The notes under the pieces are model-generated. The model was not told the DNA's origin, made no database searches, and saw only the letters and a program-made list of their open reading frames with translations. A DNA stretch of 52,786 bases from Ilumatobacteraceae bacterium (GTDB lineage Bacteria; Actinomycetota; Acidimicrobiia; Acidimicrobiales; Ilumatobacteraceae). Both the position numbers and the translations under genes were made by a program. The stretch covers positions 1 through 52,786 of the forward strand of contig JAFMEI010000001.1 in assembly GCA_017856815.1 (NCBI GenBank), read 5' to 3'. This document shows positions 1-10,886 of the stretch, piece by piece (the stretch's first letter is position 1; the number at the start of each line of letters is the position of its first letter).

Positions 1-328
1 TGGGCGCCACGGCCTTCTGGGCTGGCTTCTCAGTCTTCTTGGCGACAACCTTCTTTGCAGGAGCCTTCTTGGCGACGACCTTCTTCGCTGGAGCCTTCTT
101 TGCTGGCGCGGGCTTCTTGGCCGCCTTCTTTGCTGGGGCTTTTGCCGTGACCTTCTTCGCTGGAGCCTTCTTTGCTGGCTTTGTAGCCTTTTTCGCTGCA
201 GCCTTCTTGGCAGAGACGGCCTTTTTCGCCGGTGCCTTCTTGGCCGACTTAGGCGCCTTCTTCGCGGAAGCCTTCTTAGCGGGAGCCTTCTTGGCTGACT
301 TAGCTACTGGCTTTTTCGCTGCTGGCAT
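1..328 (-). CDS. Lys/Ala/Pro-rich (PAKK-repeat, histone H1-like) N-terminus, probably of a TraR/DksA-family protein; runs off the window edge
   Basis: My translation of the minus strand from ATG 328: [47 protein letters not shown]..., open to base 1, with a GGAGG RBS upstream. The DksA identity is inferred only from the position after ileS; the C-terminal domain is not visible. Confidence 0.8.
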   Translation of the reverse strand, partial: MPAAKKPVAKSAKKAPAKKASAKKAPKSAKKAPAKKAVSAKKAAAKKATKPAKKAPAKKVTAKAPAKKAAKKPAPAKKAPAKKVVAKKAPAKKVVAKKTEKPAQKAVAP

Positions 329-358
329 GTTTACCCTCCAGTTGTCGAAGGGATGATG

Positions 359-3300
359 CTAGGCGTTCGCGGTGCTTCTCTCCACCATCAACCAAAACTT
401 GATGCCATCGAGTTCGCCATTTTCCTGAGTATCACTGTCACCGATTACCCAATTGACCTCCAGGGAAAGGGTCTCAGCGGCAATAACTGACTCAAAGGAC
501 TTGACCTTTTCAATGAGTGATGCCTCTGCCGTGACCCTGAGGCGAATTCGGTCCGAAACATCAAACCCCGCATCTCGCCTTGCCTGTTGAACTGCCCGCA
601 TGAGGTCTCGCGCGCTGCCTTCGGCTTCGAGTTCCGGGGTGACAACTGTGTCTAGAAGCACGACCCCAGCACCTGATCCGAGCGCGGCCGATGCGGTGCC
701 CTCATGGGCCGAGTTTGCAACGAATTTGCGCGTGAACTCATCTGCCTGCAGTGTCACGCCAGCAACATCAATTCCATCGCCACTTGGGGTCCACTCACCC
801 TTTTTGATGGCAGCGATCACTTTTTGGGTGTTGGGTCCAAGACGTGGACCTGCGATTGCTGGCACCAGCTGAATAACTTCAGCTGCTACAGCTGCAACGT
901 CATCAACCAGTCGCACATCCTTGACGTTCGTCTCATCGGCGATCAAGTCAGTGAACTGCTGTAGTGACGAAGCCGCAGCGCTTGCGATCGTGACACTCGC
1001 CAGCGGCAGACGCACTCGGCGTGCACTTGCTTTGCGCAATGAAAGTGTGGTCGAACACACGTCGCGTACCGCGTCCATGGTCTTTGCCAGATGCACATCA
1101 TTCGGCAGGTCAACTGCGTCAGGCCAAGATTCGAGATGCACACTTCGTGCTCCGGTCAGCCCTCGAAAGATGACTTCTGAAGTAAGCGGAAGCATTGGGG
1201 CGGTAACTCGACACAGAATGTGCATTACGGAGTGAAGGGTATTAATTGCGTCCTGATCACCAGCCCAAAACCGATCGCGACTGCGTCGGATGTACCAGTT
1301 CGTTAGAGCGTCAAGGAATGAGCGCACCTCCGAACATGCTCCAAAAAGATCATTAGCGTCCATGGTGCGAGTGGTCGACGCAACAAGCTCGGAGGCTTTC
1401 GCAAAGATATAACGATCCATTACATGATCACTTGAAAGGTTCAACTGGCCTTCACGGTTCTCTGCATTCGCGTACAAAGTGAGGAAGTACCAGGAGTTCC
1501 ACATCGGTAGAAGAATCTGGCGCACAGTTTCCTTAATGCCTGATTCAGTCACCGAGAAATCTCCCCCACGGAGAATCGAAGAGGACAGCAAATACCAACG
1601 CATTGCATCGGCCCCGTAGGTGTCAAACACCTTCATCGGATCGGGATAGTTGCGAAGGCTCTTTGACATCTTTTGGCCATCGTCACCGAGCACAATTCCG
1701 TGGCTGACACAGTTCGCAAATGCAGGACGATCAAAGAGAGCGGTTGCGAGCACGTGCAATGTGTAGAACCAGCCGCGGGTTTGACCGATGTACTCAACAA
1801 TGAAGTCACCTGGGTAGTGGTTCTCGAACCACTCTTGATTCTCAAACGGATAATGCACTTGGGCAAAGGGCATCGACCCACTTTCAAACCAGCAATCCAG
1901 AACCTCGGGGACGCGTCGCATCATTGACTTACCGGTCGGATCGTCTGGATTGGGTCGGACGAGATCATCAATCTGAGGACGATGAAGATCGGTTACATCC
2001 ATACCGAAATCGTCCTGTAATTGTTGAATACTTCCGTAAACATCGATTCGTGGATAGTTCGGGTCGTCGCTTTTCCACACTGGAATGGGTGAGCCCCAGA
2101 ACCGGTTTCGGCTTATCGCCCAGTCGCGCGCGTTGGCCAGCCATTTTCCGAATGAACCGTCCTGTAGGTGCTCAGGCACCCAAGTGATCTCGCGGTTCAG
2201 TTCGAGCATGCGATCTTTGATTGCAGTGACTTTGACAAACCACGACGACATAGCGCGGTAAACGAGCGGCTCAGCACAACGCCAACAGTGCGGGTATGAG
2301 TGATTGTAAGTGTCGTGACGAACAACAACGCCAGTTTCCTTTAGATGCCGGATCACATCTGTGTTGGCCTCAAAAACGTGCCGACCAGACCAATCTGTTA
2401 CCTCTGCCGTGTACTGACCGTGCTCATCCATCGGACAAATCGTCGGAATATTCGCAGACTGACATGTTGTTTGGTCATCTTCACCGAATCCTGGTGCCAA
2501 GTGGACGATTCCCGTTCCGTCCTCGGCCGAGACAAACTCCGCACCGATCACCTGAAATGCATTTTCCGTACTCGTGAAGTACGAAAACATCGGTGCGTAT
2601 TTCATCCCCACTAATTCATGACCCTTGATCGTCCGAGGACTTTCGACTTCACCGAGTTCGCGCTCATAAGCCGAGAGTCGTGCCTCGCCGATCACGTAAT
2701 CGTGGCCGTCTGAATGAGTGACAACTGCGTAGTCAAGATCTGGATTAACTGCAAGCGCAAGATTGGACGGAAGCGTCCACGGAGTTGTGGTCCACACCAG
2801 AAGGCGTAAACCGTTTTCCAATTGAAACCACACGGTCAAGGCGGGGTCTTGACGATCGCGGTACACGTCGTCCATTCGGGTCTCGGTGTTTGAGAGCGGT
2901 GTTTCACAGCGCCAGCAATACGCCAACACACGGAACCCCTCATAGATGAGACCCTTGTCCCACAGCGTGCGAAATGCCCACATGACACTTTCCATGTAGG
3001 TCACGTCGAGGGTCTTGTAATCATTTTCGAAGTCAACCCAACGCGCTTGTCGAGTTACGTAGCGTTCCCACTCGTCTGTGTAACGCAACACACTTGTGCG
3101 GCACGCAGCGTTGAACTTGTCAATCCCAAATTCGGTGATGCCGGGATGCCCAGAAACCCCGAGTTCTTTTTCAGCTTCAACTTCGGCGGGGAGTCCGTGA
3201 CAATCCCAACCGAACCGACGCTCGACTCGCTTGCCACGCATTGTTTGGTAACGCGGCACAGCATCTTTCACGTATCCGGTGAGAAGGTGTCCGTAGTGTG

Positions 3301-3475
3301 GCAAACCATTAGCGAATGGTGGTCCGTCATAGAAGACAAACTCGTTTTCACCTTTGGGACCCGCTTCGCGGGCTTCGATCGATGCCTGAAAGGTCCCATC
3401 CCCTGCCCAATAGTTGAGCACGTCCTCTTCCAATGCAGGAAAGTTCGGCTGTGGTTCAACGTTCGGGTACGGCAT
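359..3475 (-). CDS. ileS: Isoleucine--tRNA ligase, type 2 (IleRS2)
   Basis: [16 protein letters not shown] (HIGH), [21 protein letters not shown]; 1038 aa with no C-terminal IleRS1 zinc finger. Confidence 0.97.
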   Translation of the reverse strand: MPYPNVEPQPNFPALEEDVLNYWAGDGTFQASIEAREAGPKGENEFVFYDGPPFANGLPHYGHLLTGYVKDAVPRYQTMRGKRVERRFGWDCHGLPAEVEAEKELGVSGHPGITEFGIDKFNAACRTSVLRYTDEWERYVTRQARWVDFENDYKTLDVTYMESVMWAFRTLWDKGLIYEGFRVLAYCWRCETPLSNTETRMDDVYRDRQDPALTVWFQLENGLRLLVWTTTPWTLPSNLALAVNPDLDYAVVTHSDGHDYVIGEARLSAYERELGEVESPRTIKGHELVGMKYAPMFSYFTSTENAFQVIGAEFVSAEDGTGIVHLAPGFGEDDQTTCQSANIPTICPMDEHGQYTAEVTDWSGRHVFEANTDVIRHLKETGVVVRHDTYNHSYPHCWRCAEPLVYRAMSSWFVKVTAIKDRMLELNREITWVPEHLQDGSFGKWLANARDWAISRNRFWGSPIPVWKSDDPNYPRIDVYGSIQQLQDDFGMDVTDLHRPQIDDLVRPNPDDPTGKSMMRRVPEVLDCWFESGSMPFAQVHYPFENQEWFENHYPGDFIVEYIGQTRGWFYTLHVLATALFDRPAFANCVSHGIVLGDDGQKMSKSLRNYPDPMKVFDTYGADAMRWYLLSSSILRGGDFSVTESGIKETVRQILLPMWNSWYFLTLYANAENREGQLNLSSDHVMDRYIFAKASELVASTTRTMDANDLFGACSEVRSFLDALTNWYIRRSRDRFWAGDQDAINTLHSVMHILCRVTAPMLPLTSEVIFRGLTGARSVHLESWPDAVDLPNDVHLAKTMDAVRDVCSTTLSLRKASARRVRLPLASVTIASAAASSLQQFTDLIADETNVKDVRLVDDVAAVAAEVIQLVPAIAGPRLGPNTQKVIAAIKKGEWTPSGDGIDVAGVTLQADEFTRKFVANSAHEGTASAALGSGAGVVLLDTVVTPELEAEGSARDLMRAVQQARRDAGFDVSDRIRLRVTAEASLIEKVKSFESVIAAETLSLEVNWVIGDSDTQENGELDGIKFWLMVERSTANA

Positions 3476-3511
3476 GGGTTCCTCTTGAGGTATTCCAGCA
3501 GACTGCGGCTA

Positions 3512-3763
3512 CTAAGAACAACCAAGCAGAAGTCGCATCACCACGATCTGGATAAACAACAACGCAATCAATGGTGAAAGGTCAAGCATTCCCATGCGCG
3601 GCATTACACGCCTAATGGGGCCAAGCAAGGGTTCGGTCACCAACAGGAGTTTGTTATTCACCTGTTCTGCAACACCGCCTCTGGACAATGGAAACCACGA
3701 AAGAATCACCCGGCCAAAAATCGCCAGCACATACAACTGGCAAATGAGACAGAGAAGTTCCAT
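3512..3763 (-). CDS. yggT: YggT/YlmG family membrane protein
   Basis: RVILSWF...TEPLLGPIRR..P..G.LDLSP motif; follows sepF. Confidence 0.92.
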   Translation of the reverse strand: MELLCLICQLYVLAIFGRVILSWFPLSRGGVAEQVNNKLLLVTEPLLGPIRRVMPRMGMLDLSPLIALLFIQIVVMRLLLGCS

Positions 3764-3769
3764 CAATAA

Positions 3770-4288
3770 TCAGCGCTGGTAGCTGTCCTGCGAACGGGCA
3801 GGTGGCTTCAGCAAGAAAACGCCAACGGCGACTTTTTCCATCGTGCCACCGACTCCGTAGCAAACTCCGCTAGCGAAATCGACGAGTCGACGCGAAATCT
3901 CACGATCGACACCTTCAAGATTCATGATCACGGGTTGTCCCTCGCGTAAGCGATCGGCAACTTCCTGCGCTTGATCAAAACGCCGAGGCTTCACAGTCAC
4001 GGGTTCGCCTGGCTGTGGCAGAGGTTTCACACCCGATGTGGTGCGAACTCCAACCGGGCGCAACGCCGCACCGGAGTCTTCGCTACTGATTCGGCGCACT
4101 GCTCCACTATCGGCCTCGCGCATCGGACGCACCGTGGGGCGACTCGCATCATCGGTGTAGTCAACACGACCCGGCTCAGGGCGCGCAGCACGGGTCGGGC
4201 GCTCCATTTCCGCCGAAGGCTCGTAGTCCTCATAGACATCATCAGGGTTAAGGCCGAGATAATCCATCGCCTTCTTCCAAATGCTCAT
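3770..4288 (-). CDS. sepF: Cell division protein SepF
   Basis: MSIWKKAMDYLGL N-terminal amphipathic helix, VIMNL..RRLVDFASG; AAAGGAGG RBS. Confidence 0.95.
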   Translation of the reverse strand: MSIWKKAMDYLGLNPDDVYEDYEPSAEMERPTRAARPEPGRVDYTDDASRPTVRPMREADSGAVRRISSEDSGAALRPVGVRTTSGVKPLPQPGEPVTVKPRRFDQAQEVADRLREGQPVIMNLEGVDREISRRLVDFASGVCYGVGGTMEKVAVGVFLLKPPARSQDSYQR

Positions 4289-4346
4289 GTGGGACTACCT
4301 CCTTTCCGCTGTAAGGCTAATGCACGAAATATAGGTGGAAGTGGCA

Positions 4347-4994
4347 TCACCTTGCGCCGAAAAGGACTGTTCCAAGTCGCAGCACGGTGGCACCTTCGGC
4401 AACTGCAATCGTGAAGTCAGAACTCATACCCATCGCACAGTCCGCCAAGCCCAAGGTGTTGGCCAACGATCGAAGGGATTTAAAGCACTGCCCCGTGGCC
4501 ACACTGCCGGCGCCAAGGGGCGCGATCGTCATGAGCCCAGTCGCATTGACACCTAGATCAACACACAGTGCCAACAGGTCTTCGACTTCGCCTGGTGTGC
4601 ACCCAGATTTCGACCCCTCACCAGAGATATTCACCTGCAGCATCACTTGAGCACCTGGGGCGCGTTTGGCGATCTCGCGCGCCAAACCTGCAGAGTCGAC
4701 TGTTTGCCACACGTCCACTATCGGTGCGAGTGAGCGGACCTTGTTCGATTGCACGTGCCCAATGAAGTGCAGCGGCAAGGGCTTGGTATCCGTAAATTTA
4801 GACACCGCCTCTTGGGCGTAGTTCTCACCGATTGCGTCACAGCCGCACTCGGCTGCAGCAATTGCGGCCTCCACGCCATGGGTTTTTGTGACTGCGACAA
4901 TTCGAATTGTCTCCGCCCGCTGCGCTCCAGCGATTGCGACAATCTCTGAGCGGACACGCTCGTAATTTTCCGCGACCTGCGCGGGGTTGATCAT
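4347..4994 (-). CDS. yggS: PLP homeostasis protein (YggS family)
   Basis: IVAVTKT, GENYAQE, HFIGHVQSNK, MGMSSDF, G(A)TVLRLG. Confidence 0.95.
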   Translation of the reverse strand: MINPAQVAENYERVRSEIVAIAGAQRAETIRIVAVTKTHGVEAAIAAAECGCDAIGENYAQEAVSKFTDTKPLPLHFIGHVQSNKVRSLAPIVDVWQTVDSAGLAREIAKRAPGAQVMLQVNISGEGSKSGCTPGEVEDLLALCVDLGVNATGLMTIAPLGAGSVATGQCFKSLRSLANTLGLADCAMGMSSDFTIAVAEGATVLRLGTVLFGAR

Positions 4995-5000
4995 TGGCCG

Positions 5001-6101
5001 TTACTTGAGAAACGACGGCACATCAAAGTCGTCGTCATCGTCGCCGTCACTTGGACCATCGTTATCACTAAAGATGTCCTTCAAGCTTGAGCTCGGCTTT
5101 TCGCTAACTGCGCGCAGAGTTGAGCGACCGCCAGAAGACGCTTGACCACCGTCCCAACGCTCAAAGCCAGCAGCGATGACAGTGACCTTGACCTCGTCGC
5201 CCATTTCATCGTCGACGACCGTGCCAAAGATGATGTTTGCATCAGGGTGAGCAACCGCATGAACAATTTCGGCGGCTTCGTTCATCTCGAACAAGCCCAT
5301 ACTTGATGGGCCAGTGATGTTGAGCACGATTCCGCGTGCTCCATCAATTGCTGCTTCGACCAGCGGCGATGAGATGGCAGCCTTGGCCGCAATCACGGCG
5401 CGGTTGTCGCCACTTGCCTGACCGATTCCCATGAGCGCTGATCCAGCGTTCTGTAGGACCATCTTCACGTCCGCAAAGTCGGTGTTAATTAGGCCCGGTG
5501 TGGTGATGAGAGTGGTGATACCCGAGACACCCTGCATGAGAATTTCGTCTGCCATCTTGAACGCATTGATCACGCTGGTCTTGTCATTGGACATCGAGAT
5601 CAGTCGATCGTTGGGAATCACGATGAGGGTGTCCACTTTTTCTTTCAACTTCTGGATACCGGCTTCGGCCTGCGTGGCGCGACGACGACCCTCAAAAGCA
5701 AACGGTCGGGTTACAACACCAATTGTGAGCGCCCCCATTGCCTTGGCAATTTCTGCAATTACGGGTGCGGCACCTGTTCCAGTTCCGCCACCTTCGCCAG
5801 CAGTTACGAACACCATGTCGGCCCCAGAGATCATCTCTTCGATCTCATCACGATTAGCTTCAGCAGCCTCGCGGCCAACTTCTGGATCAGAACCAGCTCC
5901 AAGGCCACGGGTTAACTCCCGACCAATGTCTAACTTCACATCGGCGTCACTCAAGATGAGTGCTTGCGCATCGGTGTTGATCGCAACAAACTCAACGCCG
6001 CGCAAACCAGCGTCGATCATTCGGTTGACTGCATTGACGCCACCGCCGCCAACGCCGATGACCTTTATCACTGCCAGATAGTTCTGTGGTGCGCCGCCCA
6101 T
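5001..6101 (-). CDS. ftsZ: Cell division protein FtsZ
   Basis: [26 protein letters not shown] tubulin motif, C-terminal FDVPSFLK; start moved to ATG 6101 behind a GGAGGT RBS. Confidence 0.98.
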   Translation of the reverse strand: MGGAPQNYLAVIKVIGVGGGGVNAVNRMIDAGLRGVEFVAINTDAQALILSDADVKLDIGRELTRGLGAGSDPEVGREAAEANRDEIEEMISGADMVFVTAGEGGGTGTGAAPVIAEIAKAMGALTIGVVTRPFAFEGRRRATQAEAGIQKLKEKVDTLIVIPNDRLISMSNDKTSVINAFKMADEILMQGVSGITTLITTPGLINTDFADVKMVLQNAGSALMGIGQASGDNRAVIAAKAAISSPLVEAAIDGARGIVLNITGPSSMGLFEMNEAAEIVHAVAHPDANIIFGTVVDDEMGDEVKVTVIAAGFERWDGGQASSGGRSTLRAVSEKPSSSLKDIFSDNDGPSDGDDDDDFDVPSFLK

Positions 6102-6209
6102 TGGCGAAACCTCCGCTTCTCGGTTTGGGTATAGATGTTTCCACATCCAGCGAGGCCACATGCGCACCTAACTCTGGAAAAGCCGAATTCTGGTGAACCT
6201 GAATATGGG

Positions 6210-7313
6210 CTATTTGACGACTACCTCACCTGCAGAAACATCAATTAAGACCAGCTTTTCGGACTCAGGGCGTCTTAACACCACGACGACCGAAATCAAT
6301 TTCTGACGAATGTCATTAGGGGCACCAAATTTGATCAGGGCCCCCGATTGCAGGCTGAGGGTGATATCGCCCGCGGTGGTCACACCAAAGCGGGCAACTT
6401 TTGAGGCCAGCTCGTCGGGCATGGACATCGATAACTGCGCAGCCGCGGTGTAAACATCGGGCGCGACACTCCCGGGCGCCACGTTCGGTGCGAGGCCTGT
6501 GACTTCGAGATACCCGGTGGGCTGCCCGGTCGTTACTGCTAACACTCGCCCCTCTTCGTCAATTATGCGGAACTTTTCATCCGTGCTGCGAAACCACACT
6601 CGTGGTGTGCGTTCTGCGATATCGATCACGACCGTGTTTGGAAATTTGGTGTCAATTGATGCCTCTCGAACCCAGGGGTCGCTTTCGAGGACTTCGAGTG
6701 CGGGACCAGTATCAAGAGTAAGAATCGCATCACCTTTCAGCATCTTGGTTACTTCATCGAGAGTCTCTTGATTCGTGTACGTCGCGCCCTCTATGCGCAC
6801 TGTGGAAACCGATAGCAGCGGCGTTGTAGCAACAACAACGATTCCAATAGCCACAAATCCCGTGGCGAGCGCAAGTGCCATCCAAGCGATTGATCTGCGA
6901 CCCCGCTTGCGCCTTGGGTCAAAGCGTCGCAGTAGCCGAATGAAAAAACCGCCAGCAACGACTCGTACTTCTGTGGCTTCAGTGTCATCGCGGTTGGTAC
7001 CACCCCCACTTAGCGTTGTGTCGTCAAGATAGACAATGTCACCTACGGGGTCAGTCGAGCCAAGGCGGAGTGCGGAGTCATCTGCGAGTTCGGTTGCAAT
7101 GGGGATTGTCGCCGAAGGATCGGGCACATTGGATACAGCCGGACTCGGCGCATTAGATACAGCCGGACTCGGCGTTGATTCATCCTGGGCAACCGTTTTG
7201 GCACCAACAACCGGAGTATTGCCAAACACGGCGGAGAGCTCTTCCAACACTTCTGGGGAAATGTCGGAAGAAGAATCCACGAGATTGTGTTCAGAATCTT
7301 CGAAATTGGTCAT
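6210..7313 (-). CDS. ftsQ: Cell division protein FtsQ/DivIB
   Basis: Long acidic cytoplasmic N-terminus, RRKRGRR plus one TM helix, POTRA-like DPWVREASI.TKFPNTV.I.I.ER; located between murB and ftsZ. Confidence 0.88.
   Translation of the reverse strand: MTNFEDSEHNLVDSSSDISPEVLEELSAVFGNTPVVGAKTVAQDESTPSPAVSNAPSPAVSNVPDPSATIPIATELADDSALRLGSTDPVGDIVYLDDTTLSGGGTNRDDTEATEVRVVAGGFFIRLLRRFDPRRKRGRRSIAWMALALATGFVAIGIVVVATTPLLSVSTVRIEGATYTNQETLDEVTKMLKGDAILTLDTGPALEVLESDPWVREASIDTKFPNTVVIDIAERTPRVWFRSTDEKFRIIDEEGRVLAVTTGQPTGYLEVTGLAPNVAPGSVAPDVYTAAAQLSMSMPDELASKVARFGVTTAGDITLSLQSGALIKFGAPNDIRQKLISVVVVLRRPESEKLVLIDVSAGEVVVK
7127..7174. repeat. 24-bp in-frame tandem duplication in the ftsQ N-terminus
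   Basis: CATTGGATACAGCCGGACTCGGCG / CATTAGATACAGCCGGACTCGGCG (1 mismatch), encoding PSPAVSN twice. Confidence 0.9.
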
Positions 7314-7344
7314 GGTGTGATGCTTGAAAAGTCAAGACCAAGGC

Positions 7345-8298
7345 TTACACAGCACCGCCGGCCGCACTGGTCATGTCTGCAGAAAAGCCCACGAGCCGAA
7401 TTTCGCTGCGCAAATCAATGCCGGCTCGGTCCTGCACCTCTTTGCGCACATGCGCCATGAGTTTGACCACATCATTGGCACTGCCTTGCGGATCGGCCTG
7501 AATGAAATTTGCATGCTTGGTCGACACTTCTGCGCTACCAATCCTGTGGCCGCGCAACCCGAGACTGTCAATCAACTCACCCGCTGAGAGTTCACCAGGA
7601 CGCGGGTTAACAAAAACAGATCCTGCGTTTTGCCCACCTGGCTGGTGTTCACGGCGCCAATGAACAATCTCGTCAATCGTCTTGGAAGCCTCGGATGGAT
7701 TGCACGCAGTGACACTAAATATCGCGTCGATTATGAGCTCGGTAGGGCGAAGTCGACTCCCTCGAAATCGAAGCCCTAGCTCATGAGCATCAACTTGGGA
7801 CAGTGTCCCCGCGGCGATGTCAAAGAGACTCACACGCACGAGTGATGCAGCAATATCGCTACCGTGCCCACCAGCGTTCATGCGTACAGCTCCCCCAACC
7901 GTGCCTGGCACCCCAACTGCCCACTCGAGTCCGCACAAGCCAAGTGCCGCGCTACGCCGCGCAAGCACAGGCAACAAAGTATTGGCGCTGACTCGCAGTT
8001 CTGGCGCCGATACCGTCGCGTCGACCACTTCGAGAACCTCTGGCAACGCATCGGTGAAAACTGCAAGACCGTCAAAACCGGTGTCTGCAATTAGGAGATT
8101 GCTTCCGCGGCCCACAATCAAAATCGGGCATTGCGTCGCAAGTAAATATTCTGAGATCTCGTCCAAATCGCGCGTTCCACTCGGATGGACTGCAGCTGCA
8201 GCCAATCCACCAACTCGGTATGTGGTCAGCGTTCCGAGTTCGGAGTCGAATTCAACCCGCGAACCAAAGTGGCGTTCGGCGAACTTGCGGTCGATCAC
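7345..8298 (-). CDS. murB: UDP-N-acetylenolpyruvoylglucosamine reductase
   Basis: TTYRVGG, GRGSNLL, GVPGTVGGAVRMNAG, QP..NAGSVFVNP, KHANFI. Confidence 0.95.
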   Translation of the reverse strand: MIDRKFAERHFGSRVEFDSELGTLTTYRVGGLAAAAVHPSGTRDLDEISEYLLATQCPILIVGRGSNLLIADTGFDGLAVFTDALPEVLEVVDATVSAPELRVSANTLLPVLARRSAALGLCGLEWAVGVPGTVGGAVRMNAGGHGSDIAASLVRVSLFDIAAGTLSQVDAHELGLRFRGSRLRPTELIIDAIFSVTACNPSEASKTIDEIVHWRREHQPGGQNAGSVFVNPRPGELSAGELIDSLGLRGHRIGSAEVSTKHANFIQADPQGSANDVVKLMAHVRKEVQDRAGIDLRSEIRLVGFSADMTSAAGGAV

Positions 8299-9689
8299 TG
8301 TTTAACCTTTGCGATCAGCTGGGTCGGGAAATGCTCGATATCGCCACAACCCATAGACACGCAAACATCGCCCTCACGCAACTCGGCAGCAACAGCATCC
8401 ACGAGTTCATCTCGTGACTCAATGTATTGAATCCGGGTGTCAGGATTTACGGCGAGGACCGCATCGACAACAAGCTGACCCGTAACTCCTTCGATGAAGG
8501 TGGTTCCCGAGGAATACACGTTATTGATGTAAACGATGTCAGCAGCTTTGAACGCGTTGGCATATTCATGCGACATCACCGCCATGCGATTGAAACGATT
8601 CGGTTGAAACACGGCAATTAATCGGCCTTGGATTTGGCGGTCAGCACGCATTGCTCCAAGCACCGCTGCGATTTCTGCGGGCAAGTGGGCGTAGTCGTCT
8701 ACAAGCTCTGCGCCGTTCGCTTCACCCCGCGCTTCACATCGCCGAAGTGCACCCTGGTATTTACTTAAAGCCTTGACGGCAATGTTTGGATCCACCCCGA
8801 GTTCGCAGGCGAGCGCAAATACACCGAGTGCATTCGCTGCATTGTGAGCACCGATGACGTTCAAGGTCACCGAGTAGGTACCGAGCAACGCATTCTGAAC
8901 ACGAAACTTCACTTGTCCCCCGCCGAGGGTCAGTGACGAGCCCTTGTAGTCAGCGCGTTCAGAAAAGCCGCACGTGGTGACGGCCATGCCGTTGGCAATT
9001 ACAGCGAGGTCAGGGTCATCAACATTCACAACCGCTTTACTTGACGCCTGAATAAACGCGGCAAAACTTTCCTTAATCGCTTCAAAACTTCCAAAATGAT
9101 CCAAATGGTCAGTGTCAATGTTTGTCACAACAGATGCATAAACAGGTAAATGGGAATGAGTGCCGTCACTTTCGTCGGCCTCTACTACGAAATACTCCCC
9201 ACCCGACCACCGCGCGCTCGTGAGTTCATCTGAACCGCTGACAAACCCTGGAATGTCCCCACCAATCAGAAACGAAGGATTCATGTCGGCCTCAGTCAGT
9301 ACGAGCGCAAGCATTGCTGATGAAGTTGTTTTGCCATGCGTGCCCGCAACTGCCACAGCTTTCGCGCGAGCGCACACTCCAGCGAGCATTTCCGCTCTCC
9401 GGACCCGAGCTATGCCCTTTGAACCAGCCGCTTCCCATTCGATATTGCTCTCGGGGATGATGCTTGAAGCCACCACGTAGTCAGCCCCATCAACTGCAGT
9501 TGCATCGTGGCCGATCAAAACTTTGGCACCGGCTTTGCGCACGCGATCCAGAACAGGCAAATCTCGCAAATCACTTCCCGTCACATGGTGACCCATTTCG
9601 GCGAGAACAGTAGCGAGTGCACTCATTCCGGGTCCGGCGATTCCGATCACATGGATGCGCCGCCTTTGCGAAAGATCAACCGGGTTCAT
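8295..9689 (-). CDS. murC: UDP-N-acetylmuramate--L-alanine ligase
   Basis: HVIGIAGPGMS, AGTHGKTT, VEADESD, DDYAHLP. Confidence 0.96.
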   Translation of the reverse strand: MNPVDLSQRRRIHVIGIAGPGMSALATVLAEMGHHVTGSDLRDLPVLDRVRKAGAKVLIGHDATAVDGADYVVASSIIPESNIEWEAAGSKGIARVRRAEMLAGVCARAKAVAVAGTHGKTTSSAMLALVLTEADMNPSFLIGGDIPGFVSGSDELTSARWSGGEYFVVEADESDGTHSHLPVYASVVTNIDTDHLDHFGSFEAIKESFAAFIQASSKAVVNVDDPDLAVIANGMAVTTCGFSERADYKGSSLTLGGGQVKFRVQNALLGTYSVTLNVIGAHNAANALGVFALACELGVDPNIAVKALSKYQGALRRCEARGEANGAELVDDYAHLPAEIAAVLGAMRADRQIQGRLIAVFQPNRFNRMAVMSHEYANAFKAADIVYINNVYSSGTTFIEGVTGQLVVDAVLAVNPDTRIQYIESRDELVDAVAAELREGDVCVSMGCGDIEHFPTQLIAKVKQ

Positions 9690-10855
9690 GATTCACCGAC
9701 ATTCAATGACCCCGACTCGGCGACAGTTGCAATCAGGCGTGCGAGTGAATCCGATCGATGTTGAGCCCCAAGCTCACGCGCATTACGGGTTAGTTGCTCT
9801 CGGCGTTGGTGGTCCCTGCGGAGTGCTTCAATCTCCACAGCAAGAGAGCGTCCGGTTAGATCTGACTCCTCAAGTACAACAACGGCATTCTCTGCTGCCA
9901 ATAACTTGGCATTGTGCAACTGATGGTTTTCTGTTGCCTGGGGCCATGGAACAACGATCGCGGGAACTCCAACTGTTACGACTTCTGCAAGTGTGGAGGC
10001 GCCCGCCCGCGTGATCAGCACATCAGCTGCCGCCAAGACGTCGACCATCAAATCTTCGTAACCGACCACGGTGTACCGAGAGGTACCCAATTCGGGCATG
10101 CGGTGGGATTCAAGAAATCGAGCACCTGCAACATGGCGAAATACATACTGTCCAGCAGTATCAGCACCTAGATCCAAGATCTCCGTTGCGTCTACAAACG
10201 CCTCATTGATTGCCTTTGAACCAAGAGATCCGCCCACCGCAACCACAAAAAATTCATCGGATTCAACACCCAGACGTTCACGAGCAGCGTTAGCAGTGGC
10301 AGCCCGGTCCAGTTTGCGCAATTCCCGTCTCACGGGAGCGCCGGCGCGAACAGCATGCGGCAGAGAAAGATCATTGCCCGACACAGCCGTAGCAACAGCT
10401 CTCCTCGCGAGAATTCGTGTTGCCAGACCAGGAGTCGCTTCGTAACACACGACAACTAGTGGGATACCTTTCAGGACTGCAACCAAGCTCAAGGGCACTG
10501 ATGCATATCCGCCGACTGCGACAACGGCCTGCGGTTGGTTCGCTTTCACCCATTCAAGACTTCGCTTGAGAGAAACAAGCAGGCGCGGAATCATCTTTAA
10601 ATTGCGCAAGATGCCATCCAGGCTCAGTGAGCGCTGTAGACCACTAACCGGAAGAAAAGTCGCTTTCACGCCTGTTGGCGGTATCAAACGAGTTTCAATC
10701 CCTCGTTCGGTACCGAAATAATGAAGCTCGCTCTTGTCGTAGCCAATGTCCTGCAGGGACTCAAATATTGCTATCGCAGGGACGACGTGACCCGAAGTGC
10801 CACCTCCAGTGACAACTATCAAACGACCGCCCTCACGGACCACGCGCTTACCCAC
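9686..10855 (-). CDS. murG: Undecaprenyl-PP-MurNAc-pentapeptide GlcNAc transferase
   Basis: TGGGTSGHV, VGGYAS, GGSLGS, RAGASTLAE, HQLHNA; start placed at GTG 10855 (10843 also possible). Confidence 0.94.
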   Translation of the reverse strand: MGKRVVREGGRLIVVTGGGTSGHVVPAIAIFESLQDIGYDKSELHYFGTERGIETRLIPPTGVKATFLPVSGLQRSLSLDGILRNLKMIPRLLVSLKRSLEWVKANQPQAVVAVGGYASVPLSLVAVLKGIPLVVVCYEATPGLATRILARRAVATAVSGNDLSLPHAVRAGAPVRRELRKLDRAATANAARERLGVESDEFFVVAVGGSLGSKAINEAFVDATEILDLGADTAGQYVFRHVAGARFLESHRMPELGTSRYTVVGYEDLMVDVLAAADVLITRAGASTLAEVVTVGVPAIVVPWPQATENHQLHNAKLLAAENAVVVLEESDLTGRSLAVEIEALRRDHQRREQLTRNARELGAQHRSDSLARLIATVAESGSLNVGES

Positions 10856-10886
10856 GCAAATATCGTGACACGCATTGCACCGCGGG

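Noticed and set aside
39..356. Plus-strand Phe/Ala-rich ORF resembling a membrane protein
   Set aside because: It is the antisense shadow of the PAKK-repeat gene, which has the RBS and matches the operon strand
5431..6081. 216-aa plus-strand ORF
   Set aside because: Antisense shadow of ftsZ
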